Source: Gammaproteobacteria bacterium (lineage in GTDB: Bacteria; Pseudomonadota; Gammaproteobacteria; Pseudomonadales; Azotimanducaceae). From it: a stretch of DNA of 64,000 nucleotides. Shown here piece by piece: positions 18,186 to 26,557 of this stretch. The stretch covers positions 50,564 to 114,563 of the forward strand of contig JAPOVV010000025.1 of the NCBI GenBank assembly GCA_026707945.1. Reading direction: 5' to 3'. Position 1 is the stretch's first letter. The number at the start of each line of letters is the position of its first letter. The translations under genes and the position numbers were made by a program. The notes under the pieces were generated by a model. The model saw only the letters and a list, made by a program, of their open reading frames with translations, did no database searches and was not told the DNA's origin.

Positions 18186-19867
18186 TTTCAGCAGCTCGAC
18201 GCATCCCTAATTTCGCTGGTGTCGCGTTAGTCGACATCCTTGCAAACGGCGTCGCCGTATTGATCATCGTTATCGTGTTGAGCATCGCGAGTCGATTTGA
18301 GCAAGAAAAGGAGTACAGCGAACGGATTCAAGAAGTCTCTGCAGTGATGACGCGTGAATTCAGTACCTCATTGGTATTAAATCGACTCGCGGCAGGTCCG
18401 CCGGCAACTCTCCACGATTACGAGAACTCAGCACTCGATCAGGTTTGGGATCCCGCAATCATGCCAGTCTTGGAAATTCATAAGGACGTCGTGCGTGATC
18501 CTTATTCCGGGCGCGTCTGGCACCGATCTGAGCTTCTGCAAGAACCGAACAGCCTCGATGCTTTTCTCAGTGAATTCGATGCGTTTCAGCGCGAGTCAGT
18601 TCGCGGCGATTTTTACGATATCGGTACCTTTTATTTGTTAATGTCGATCCTTAAGGATCATTCGATCTTGATCACTCATTGGCATTTCGTCGGTGCAATG
18701 GGCATAGGTCAGGAAGCGAGCGTGGCTTCTTGTCCCGCAGGCATGAGTGCAAAGGATTGTGTAGGTCTAGGTGTGAGTGACCAGACGTCGACAATCGCTG
18801 ATGTATACGAGTCACTCACAAATGGAAGTGGCAATGGTGAAAACCAAGGTGACGGCGAATGGCCACCAAGTGAGTCCGAGTGGGATGACATCGGACAGGA
18901 AGGTCGCGCCAGTGCCGATTCCTTGCCGCAGGGCGCGCAACTTGGTCCAGGAGGGAGTGGGGATCTCGATGGAGAAAGCTTTCCCGATGTGCGCGCTTCC
19001 CGTAATCGACAGACAGGGCAAGGTCCGGGCGGTGCGGGAAACGTACCTGGATTCTCTATCCGGCTAGCAGACCCTACCGCCGAACTGGCAAGCCTGGGAT
19101 CAATTAATCTCGCGACGATTCAACAAGACCTTAAGGGCTTTTTAATCTCTTTAATGGCCTTTCTGAGTGAAATTCAGCATTTCTATGACAACGACAACCC
19201 GCCTACCGAGCTGCTTCAACAGTTTATTCCCATCCTACAGACTTTTCTGACCCAACCTCCCACACTTGACGACATCCAATTGGAAGTGGTTGAGGATCTC
19301 GCACTATCCCTCGAATTGCTCCACAATCAAGGTTACGTACACGATCAAGCCGAACCGCTGATTACACATCCCATACCTAGATCGGCACATCCCGAGGCGT
19401 TGATTCGTTTAGCCGTTAATCGCACACTAATCGAGGCTGAAATTCAATCGAATAACGTCGTGCTGTTAGATTCCGTTCCGGAGACCGCAAAGCTTCGATT
19501 CAATCTACAAGCCTATCCGGACATATGGCGAGGTATGCAAATTTCTGCAGAACGTAATGCCGTACTGCTTATGTCGCCCATTCAGTCTGAACCTGACGTC
19601 GCGAAATGGCGTGCAATCGCATATCTCTCCCCACATCTAGATGATTTCGTCGTTGGGTTTGTGTTTGGCGCTTATGACGAAGATGGCCATCTCGAAATCG
19701 TCGCGGAACCCAATCAAGGATTCATCGACACGATGCGACTAATGCCACAATGGGACCGAAGTCCTTTTAGCATCCAGACTTGGATGACAATGCTCTATGT
19801 CTTCGCCGGTCTCTCCCTAATTGCGTTGTTGTTCTTCTGGCGTCCAGGGACGCGATTTAGACGATGA
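18182..19867 (+). CDS. Large membrane protein with an ExbD/TolR-like Asp-containing N-terminal anchor and a C-terminal TM helix
   Basis: ATGA overlap with the upstream stop. N-terminal anchor FAGVALVDILANGVAVLIIVIVL (D18) resembles ExbD TPFIDVMLVLLIIFMV. Acidic/Gly-rich low-complexity segment at about nt 18821-19051. C-terminal helix WMTMLYVFAGLSLIALLFFW followed by basic residues. Confidence 0.6.
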   Translation: MISAARRIPNFAGVALVDILANGVAVLIIVIVLSIASRFEQEKEYSERIQEVSAVMTREFSTSLVLNRLAAGPPATLHDYENSALDQVWDPAIMPVLEIHKDVVRDPYSGRVWHRSELLQEPNSLDAFLSEFDAFQRESVRGDFYDIGTFYLLMSILKDHSILITHWHFVGAMGIGQEASVASCPAGMSAKDCVGLGVSDQTSTIADVYESLTNGSGNGENQGDGEWPPSESEWDDIGQEGRASADSLPQGAQLGPGGSGDLDGESFPDVRASRNRQTGQGPGGAGNVPGFSIRLADPTAELASLGSINLATIQQDLKGFLISLMAFLSEIQHFYDNDNPPTELLQQFIPILQTFLTQPPTLDDIQLEVVEDLALSLELLHNQGYVHDQAEPLITHPIPRSAHPEALIRLAVNRTLIEAEIQSNNVVLLDSVPETAKLRFNLQAYPDIWRGMQISAERNAVLLMSPIQSEPDVAKWRAIAYLSPHLDDFVVGFVFGAYDEDGHLEIVAEPNQGFIDTMRLMPQWDRSPFSIQTWMTMLYVFAGLSLIALLFFWRPGTRFRR

Positions 19868-21432
19868 AATGGCACGTTCCACTAGGGATACTGATCGTTC
19901 TTCTCGTCATTGGTTTGACGACGACATTGCTCAATGTCAATCGTGCCGACACCGAAACTCTTATAGTGCAACTCGGAGTGCAACACGCCACCTCGCCGAG
20001 CGCCAAACAGCTCGATCTAGCCGCCGTAACGGCGTATGAGCGCAATCAGTTTAGTAAAGAGCTAAAGCAGCGTCTTAATAAACCACGTCGAACGATTGAT
20101 TTAAGCGCATTCCTCGTGGACACCTGTGAGGTAAGTCAGCTTCAGTGGGAACAATTTGTAGAGTGGACCAGTCGTCAACCCGGCTTCGACGAATCTGAAG
20201 AAAACGACTGGCTGCAATCTTCTTCATCGGGTCATCGCATCGCGGGTCGATTGACTTCACCCGCGAGTGGTATTAATTTCAAAGGCGCAAGCGCTTACTG
20301 TAGTGCTGCGGGCGGTCGTCTGCCGTTTGCCGAGGAGTTCGAGGTGATGGCTAGTGGGGAGTCCTCGAATTTGTACCCATGGGGAGACATTTTCAAACCC
20401 GATGCTTGGCCTTTTAACAGCGCAGAACGCAATTCGTCTCAAGCTTGTGGCTCGCACGAATCTGCTGCAACACCATCGGGCATCCACGACTTGGCTAGTA
20501 ATGTAATGGAGTGGGGGCAAGGTCCAATGTATGCCCTAACTCTCGAATTTCGTCCGAGTATTCATGGCGCTCCAGCAGCACGACGCTCGCATCGTGAGCT
20601 CTATGCCTTGAACGCCGCATGGTTGCAAGCCGAGCCCTCGTTGAAATCACATCATTTGGGATTTCGCTGTGTATACGGTAAGCACCCACTCGTATTGCCG
20701 TGGCGTCGACGTCTACAGGATGTCGAGCAAATACCCGCCGATGCGTATGAAATCGGTCTCCCTGACGAGTCGCGCATACCGTTGTTTCTCGCCAACATGC
20801 CACAGGTACGAGGTATCAAACTTCGTGACCTGATACAAAGCGAAGCGTCAGAAGTTGAGGAACTAACTATTGATCGATGTGAAGTTCGTCGATCCGCATA
20901 CGCAAAGTTTCTTAGCGACCCTCTCGTTCAACTTGGTATGTTTAGCAATGAGAACCAACCATCTGAAATCGACTTTACACCGCTTGACTGGCTTGACCAA
21001 CTTGAGGACGAATCCTTGCCGGTTTATGGCGTGAACTGGTGGGCGGCAGATGCCTATGCACGCTGGTCTGGTGGGCGCCTTCCCACGGTGGAGGAGTGGC
21101 GCCAAATTGCTGCTGGATCATCTGGTTTTACCTATCCGTGGGGAATGTCTTATGAAGACAATGCGGCTCAGACTGGCGACGATGCGTCTTCGCGATTGCG
21201 CGCCTGTGGGTCGACTCAAAACGACACAACTGCGGCAGGCGTGGCTGATCTTGGCGGAAACCTGTCCGAATGGACACGTTCACTCAGCGCCCGGAATTCA
21301 CGTCTATCAATGTGGGTACAGGGGGGTAATTGGTTGTTGCCTGGCAAAGAGACCGCCAAATCACTATTTGGCCGAACTGTACCGCTAACACATCGTTCTA
21401 GTTCTATCGGATTTCGTGTCGTATACGATTGA
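19864..21432 (+). CDS. Signal-anchored protein with two tandem FGE-sulfatase (SUMF1/PvdO/GldK-type) domains
   Basis: ATGA overlap with the upstream stop. TM helix VPLGILIVLLVIGLTTTLL. Domain 1: CEVSQLQWEQFV...AAGGRLPFAEEFE...YPWGD...HDLASNVMEW...LGFRCVY. Domain 2: CEVRRSAYAKFL...WSGGRLPTVEEWR...YPWG...ADLGGNLSEW...IGFRVVYD. Confidence 0.8.
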   Translation: MKWHVPLGILIVLLVIGLTTTLLNVNRADTETLIVQLGVQHATSPSAKQLDLAAVTAYERNQFSKELKQRLNKPRRTIDLSAFLVDTCEVSQLQWEQFVEWTSRQPGFDESEENDWLQSSSSGHRIAGRLTSPASGINFKGASAYCSAAGGRLPFAEEFEVMASGESSNLYPWGDIFKPDAWPFNSAERNSSQACGSHESAATPSGIHDLASNVMEWGQGPMYALTLEFRPSIHGAPAARRSHRELYALNAAWLQAEPSLKSHHLGFRCVYGKHPLVLPWRRRLQDVEQIPADAYEIGLPDESRIPLFLANMPQVRGIKLRDLIQSEASEVEELTIDRCEVRRSAYAKFLSDPLVQLGMFSNENQPSEIDFTPLDWLDQLEDESLPVYGVNWWAADAYARWSGGRLPTVEEWRQIAAGSSGFTYPWGMSYEDNAAQTGDDASSRLRACGSTQNDTTAAGVADLGGNLSEWTRSLSARNSRLSMWVQGGNWLLPGKETAKSLFGRTVPLTHRSSSIGFRVVYD

Positions 21433-21577
21433 AATAAAAAAGGCATGCTCCTCACCCCTACCGACCTGATAGGCAAGTTTTCGCTGTCGACGAACGAAAA
21501 GTTCATTTGGTTCAAAACGTTTCAATCACGATCTACCAACGAACAAACTAGACTTGCGCGTTGTTAGTCGCTAACCT

Positions 21578-22861
21578 TTGCGTCCTAGCGTATTGGCGCT
21601 ACTGAGTGCTGTGAAAACTCGATTAAATCGCTTCGCAGTCTGTATGCGAAGTTGCTCCTTAGCATGGTTCTCTGTAAATCTGTTGTTACTTACAGCAAAC
21701 TACGCGGCATTCGACGAGCCCGAACTCGAAGAGACAAACTCCCTAGATGTTCTGCGCGAACATGTTGAATTGGGAGAATTCCAGTTAGCGGTCGATGAAG
21801 TATCCATTCAAATCAATGAAATACGCAAAGAGAGTGGGAACTTTTCGGCTCGTTTGGCGGAACCTTATATCGTTCTCGGTGATGCGCAATTAGGTCTCGG
21901 CGAAGTGGAAGATGCAGTTGATTCCTTTACGACCGCGCTCAAGGTCACACGAATGAATAAAGGATTGAACTCGACAGACCAAATGTCGTCGCTGTATCGC
22001 ATCGCGGCCGCGCAGGCTGAACTAGGGGAATATCAAAACGCCAATGAAGCTCATGAGCGCGCTTACGCCATCATGCTCAATCAGCTAGGTTCGAAGAACC
22101 CTCAGTTGCTGCCAAGCATGTTGAATCTCATCGACTGGTACGAGTCCAATCGAAGATTTTCCGCAGCCAAAATCTTGTACATTGAAGCAATCCAGATTGC
22201 GAATCGAGCTATCCCAAAAGATGACGTACGACAGGTTGAACTAGCACGCGCCTTCGCTGCGGGAATGCGCAACACGGTTTTCCCGCCAATGGATGGTGAT
22301 AGTAGGTATCGAGGATTCGACGTTGAGGTGCCTGGTTACGAGCCACCACCACCAGGCAAGTCACCACCGAGCTCTTATTCTTTAGGTCAACGGGCTCTAA
22401 TAGACGTCGTTAATTTCGTTGAAACTCATGCGCCAAGTGATCGTGAAACCATCGCGTTGGCGAAACTCAACTTGGCAGACTGGCATCAATTATTTGGGAG
22501 GGAATCCAAAGCAACGAGGATGTACCGCGACATCTGGGTGGAGCTTGATTCTTTACCGGAACTTCGCAAGTCCTTTTTTAGTGAGCCAAAAATTCTCTAT
22601 ATTCGACTACCTGAATTTAGTGCGTCGTCTGACACAACTCAGTTTGGTGTCGTCGAGTTGCTGCTGACGGTTTCTTATCGAGGTGCCGTCACTGGACGAA
22701 TTAGCCAAGTTGTCGAGCCGCCGAACACAGACATCGAATTCCGAACACGTGTAGCGGCGCGTGAAGCGCGTTTTCGTCCTGCTATAAAAGATGGTAGACC
22801 CTTGACGACACGTGATTTTCTCTTAACACACTACTATCCGCTGCCGAAGCGCACACCCTAG
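21578..22861 (+). CDS. TPR-repeat protein with a Pro-rich spacer and a TonB C-terminal-like domain
   Basis: Signal/anchor LAWFSVNLLLLTANYAAF. The TTG 21578 start is uncertain; ATG 21644 gives MRSCSLAWF.... TPR-like helical repeats occupy about aa 60-230. Pro-rich VPGYEPPPPGKSPPSS. C-terminus VVELLLTVSYRGAVTGRISQVV...ARFRPAIKDGRPL resembles TonB_C. Confidence 0.65.
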   Translation: MRPSVLALLSAVKTRLNRFAVCMRSCSLAWFSVNLLLLTANYAAFDEPELEETNSLDVLREHVELGEFQLAVDEVSIQINEIRKESGNFSARLAEPYIVLGDAQLGLGEVEDAVDSFTTALKVTRMNKGLNSTDQMSSLYRIAAAQAELGEYQNANEAHERAYAIMLNQLGSKNPQLLPSMLNLIDWYESNRRFSAAKILYIEAIQIANRAIPKDDVRQVELARAFAAGMRNTVFPPMDGDSRYRGFDVEVPGYEPPPPGKSPPSSYSLGQRALIDVVNFVETHAPSDRETIALAKLNLADWHQLFGRESKATRMYRDIWVELDSLPELRKSFFSEPKILYIRLPEFSASSDTTQFGVVELLLTVSYRGAVTGRISQVVEPPNTDIEFRTRVAAREARFRPAIKDGRPLTTRDFLLTHYYPLPKRTP

Positions 22862-23188
22862 ATAACTGTCTTTTAAGCTAGTTCGCCTAATTTTGAAATT
22901 TTCGAGATTAAATTAACCTAATTTACCAACGCAGTAATTTCGACCGCCACGCTACCACACAAGTAACTTTTATCAACGCGCTGATCATATCAATCTAACA
23001 CAAAGCGTCTCAGACTAATACACACTTCCTACGAGCAAGATTCTTTCCTCTGTGAGCAAAACTATCCTACATATTGAATTTGCAGTGATGAATGCTCATT
23101 TTTTCCTTAATATATACGACATTTGGTGAACGGCCGGAGAACGGATTTATCGTCTCCTCCGTGTCGCATTTATGGGAAGGGGAAATAA

Positions 23189-26100
23189 ATGAACCCACTG
23201 CGAACCTTATGGTTGTGCGTCTTCTCACTAGCATTCGTCGTTAGCGCTCCGTGGGCTCTAGCACAAGACGATGACGGTACTGAAGCAAGTACCGAAGAAG
23301 AGGCTGAGACCGTCGTAGAAACGGCCGAAATCGAAGGGGATGCGACTGCAGAACCAGCCGCAGAACCTATGGAGGAGGTCGTTGTTACTGGTTCCCGTTT
23401 AAAACGGACCACCTTCGAGAGTATCTCGCCGCTTCAAATCGTGAACGCGGAAATTTCACGGGAAGCGGGACTAGTTGATGCCGCAGAGATCATCCAGACC
23501 TCGACGTCTTCTGCCGACGTGCAGATCGATCTTACCTTCTCTGGATTCGTCTTGGACAATGGTCCTGGCGCTTCCACGGCAAACCTTCGTGGCCTGAGTT
23601 CAGACCGAACGCTGATTCTTTTGAATGGTCGACGGATGGCACCAGGTGGCGTCGAAGGCGCGCCTAGCAATCCTGACCTTAATTTGATTCCAGCATCCTT
23701 GGTCGCTCAATATGACTTCTTGCTGGATGGTGCTTCATCCGTCTACGGTTCAGATGCTATTGCCGGGGTCGTCAACGTCATACTTCGTAAGGACTTTAAC
23801 GGGTTCGAAATTCGTGGTTCGACGGACAATACGGATGCATTCGGTCCTTCAAGTTCCGATCTTTCGTTCACGTGGGGACAGAACTTTGGTCGAGGCTTTG
23901 TCGGCGCTGCTGCGACCGTGCGTAGAGACCCTCTCATCCGCTTTGAAGATGCACCTTTCACGCGCGAGTGTGAAAAGCACTATGAGATTGATGAAAACGG
24001 GATGATTCGCACGGACGATGTGTATTACCTCGAAAGATTCGGCGTCGACGCAACGCCGTGTCGCTCCGGAGGTACGACGAATGTTATTTGGGGTCTACCG
24101 CAGGGTATCGGAACACTTTATTGGACGCGTGGCAGAACGAATGGTGGTTGGCCTAACTTCTCCGAATCGCACCTTTTCTTAGGCGGTCGGCTCATTTGGT
24201 GGGATGGCGATGGTGATGGTTTAAACGACGTTGATTTCAAGGAAAACTGGGCGAACGCGACCAACCAATATCGAACGCTATATAACGAATTCAATCAAGA
24301 CAGTTTTATGGCGTACGGTGAATATACGTTTGAAGGCGAAATGAACGTTACGCCGTTCTTCGAGTCGCTTCATGTTAGGCGTACCACTCATTCAGAAACT
24401 ATGGTTCCCCAAGTCTTTCCGAGAGTACATCCCCTCTATCCCTTTAACCCTTGTAACCCGCTAGGTCACGGTGTCGATTGCGGACTGGCTCGTGATGCGC
24501 TCTTGAACAATCCAGCCGTTGTCGCGGCAATTGAGAACGTTTTCGGTTGTACGGTTAATACTGGTGGTACGTGTGACCAAACCAGTGGCCCGATCGGTCC
24601 GGTACCAGTAGGTATCGTCATCCGCGTCGACGGAGACCGCCATATCACCGATACTGAGGTCACTCAATCCCGGTGGGTGGCTGGCGTCAACGCCGATCTT
24701 CCGTTTCTAGATGATGCGTGGGGGCTGAGTAATTGGTCCGGGGAATTTAGCGTGACATATACGAGTACGATCGGGATTTCCACTCTAGGAGGGATACGAG
24801 ACGACCGTTTGAGCCTTGCGATAGGTTCGTATTCGCGGGCTGGGATTCCCTGCTCTGCGGACGGCGTACCTGCTTCAGTCCTTCAACCTGACACGGCACC
24901 AGGTTGCGTGCCGGTCAATGTGTTCGCACCTAGTTTGTGGGATGAGTCACTTAGGGGTGGCAAGTTCGCAACAGAAGCAGAATGGAACTATCTCTATGAC
25001 GTCAGGGAGTTTGATACGCGTGTATCACAGCGGCTCATGAACGTTTACCTTACAGGCGAGACCTTCAATCTTCCCTACGGCCCTGTGGTGGCAGGAATTG
25101 GTTTTGATCATCGTGTTGACACGATTGACTCCATCCCGAATGCGGTCTCTGCAGAAGGGTTGCTATACGGTTATTCTGCTGACCAGGGGGCGATCGGTGA
25201 GAAGACGACTCGAGAAGCTTTCTTAGAGTTCGAGCTCCCTCTATTAGCAAACTTTACATTGGTGGAAGAACTCACCCTCAATATCTCAGGACGATCAACA
25301 ACAGACGAGTACTACGGGACTCATCCGACTTATTCAGCAAAGTTAGGCTATCGTCCTGTAAATTGGATGCTGCTCCGCGCAACGAGAGGTACTTCTTATC
25401 GTTCGCCTAACCTTCGTGATTCGTTCCTGTTGCAACAGACAGGCTTCCTGAACATCTTTGACCCGTGTGTGACACCCGAAGATGCACTTGACGAAGTTAC
25501 TGGCGAGTACATACCTTCAGAAGATCGAAGGGAAGCAATCGTGTTGACCAATTGCGAGTTGAACGGTGTTGACCCAAGAAGCTGGGACAACAACGGATTC
25601 GCCGTATATAACACCGAAGTAGCGGCAGGGGGATCACTAGATCTAGAACCTGAGACTTCGAATTCGTTCTCCGGCGGAATTGTTGTTGAACAACCCTGGA
25701 CTACCGCTTTTGACTTGACGGTGGGGATGAGCTATTACGAGATTGACGTTGATAACACCATCATCGAACCTTCGGCTGGATACATCGTTTCTGATTGCTA
25801 CAACTCACCGACTAGCTCAAGTCCATTTTGCGGCCGCATTCACCGATCAGGCGATCCCGAAGATCCTTCAATCGAGTACATCGACCGAGGCTTTATCAAT
25901 CGTGATAACGACACGGTAAGGGGAGTTGACTACAACATCAACTTCCAAGATACGTTTACGTTGTTCGATCGACCTTTTGAATTTGAGGTAAACTGGATAT
26001 CACACCGACTCATTGAGCGTTCAACCCTCTTTATCAACCCTCTCGGAACGGATGACGAACAAGAGTTCTTCTCCGAATGGGGATTCACGCAATGGCGTCA

Positions 26101-26488
26101 CACGGCTACTTTTTCCCTCGAATTCTCAGACTTTCGGTTCACCTATCGACCTAGGTACATCGGTCAGCAGGATACTGACCCAGAGAGCGTCGACGATTTT
26201 GACGACGGTATCGTCGGTTTCTCCGACACATGCTATGGTCCACCAGATGATGTGCTGTGTCGCGACATCGGAAATGCCGATTCATATCTCAATCACACGA
26301 TCGGGATGCGATACGAGAAATACAACTGGGAAGTCGTACTCAGCGTGCAAAACCTAACCAACGAAGAGCCTCCATTGGTCGATGCTAGTGAGGTCTTCTC
26401 TCGGAGTAATCGACCCCTTGGTGTGGGATACGACCTGCTAGGTAGAACTTTCTTCCTGAGCGCTGGGTTCCGCTTCGGAGGTAGTTAA
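23189..26488 (+). CDS. TonB-dependent outer-membrane receptor (1099 aa)
   Basis: Signal peptide (..SAPWALA-QDD). Acidic ~40-aa extension, then plug start EEVVVTGSRLKRT...ISPLQIV. NLRGL and ILLNGRR motifs. Long beta-barrel ending FFLSAGFRFGGS. GGGGA lies upstream of the ATG. Confidence 0.9.
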   Translation: MNPLRTLWLCVFSLAFVVSAPWALAQDDDGTEASTEEEAETVVETAEIEGDATAEPAAEPMEEVVVTGSRLKRTTFESISPLQIVNAEISREAGLVDAAEIIQTSTSSADVQIDLTFSGFVLDNGPGASTANLRGLSSDRTLILLNGRRMAPGGVEGAPSNPDLNLIPASLVAQYDFLLDGASSVYGSDAIAGVVNVILRKDFNGFEIRGSTDNTDAFGPSSSDLSFTWGQNFGRGFVGAAATVRRDPLIRFEDAPFTRECEKHYEIDENGMIRTDDVYYLERFGVDATPCRSGGTTNVIWGLPQGIGTLYWTRGRTNGGWPNFSESHLFLGGRLIWWDGDGDGLNDVDFKENWANATNQYRTLYNEFNQDSFMAYGEYTFEGEMNVTPFFESLHVRRTTHSETMVPQVFPRVHPLYPFNPCNPLGHGVDCGLARDALLNNPAVVAAIENVFGCTVNTGGTCDQTSGPIGPVPVGIVIRVDGDRHITDTEVTQSRWVAGVNADLPFLDDAWGLSNWSGEFSVTYTSTIGISTLGGIRDDRLSLAIGSYSRAGIPCSADGVPASVLQPDTAPGCVPVNVFAPSLWDESLRGGKFATEAEWNYLYDVREFDTRVSQRLMNVYLTGETFNLPYGPVVAGIGFDHRVDTIDSIPNAVSAEGLLYGYSADQGAIGEKTTREAFLEFELPLLANFTLVEELTLNISGRSTTDEYYGTHPTYSAKLGYRPVNWMLLRATRGTSYRSPNLRDSFLLQQTGFLNIFDPCVTPEDALDEVTGEYIPSEDRREAIVLTNCELNGVDPRSWDNNGFAVYNTEVAAGGSLDLEPETSNSFSGGIVVEQPWTTAFDLTVGMSYYEIDVDNTIIEPSAGYIVSDCYNSPTSSSPFCGRIHRSGDPEDPSIEYIDRGFINRDNDTVRGVDYNINFQDTFTLFDRPFEFEVNWISHRLIERSTLFINPLGTDDEQEFFSEWGFTQWRHTATFSLEFSDFRFTYRPRYIGQQDTDPESVDDFDDGIVGFSDTCYGPPDDVLCRDIGNADSYLNHTIGMRYEKYNWEVVLSVQNLTNEEPPLVDASEVFSRSNRPLGVGYDLLGRTFFLSAGFRFGGS

Positions 26489-26510
26489 ACTCGTCCCTTC
26501 TTAATTGTTC

Positions 26511-26544
26511 ATCGACGCGCCGCATGTCGGCGCGTCGATTTTTT
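26511..26544 (+). terminator. Rho-independent terminator after the TBDR gene
   Basis: Perfect 12-bp stem ATCGACGCGCCG (26511-26522) / CGGCGCGTCGAT (26528-26539) with a 5-nt loop, followed by a T-run to 26544. Confidence 0.8.
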
Positions 26545-26557
26545 AACGGTTAACATC

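Noticed and set aside
16640-21432. Possible Zorya-type (MotA/MotB-like) anti-phage defence system
   Set aside because: There is no ZorB-like peptidoglycan-binding domain, no long ZorA tail, and no ZorC, ZorD or ZorE-like helicase, nuclease or HNH genes. The neighbours are TonB_C and TBDR genes, which points to envelope energy transduction rather than defence.
23081-23104. Possible Fur box (TGCAGTGATGAATGCTCATTTTTT) upstream of the TBDR gene
   Set aside because: It resembles the GATAATGATAATCATTATC consensus only partially by eye. The region is generally AT-rich, so a chance match is likely. A PWM scan would be needed.
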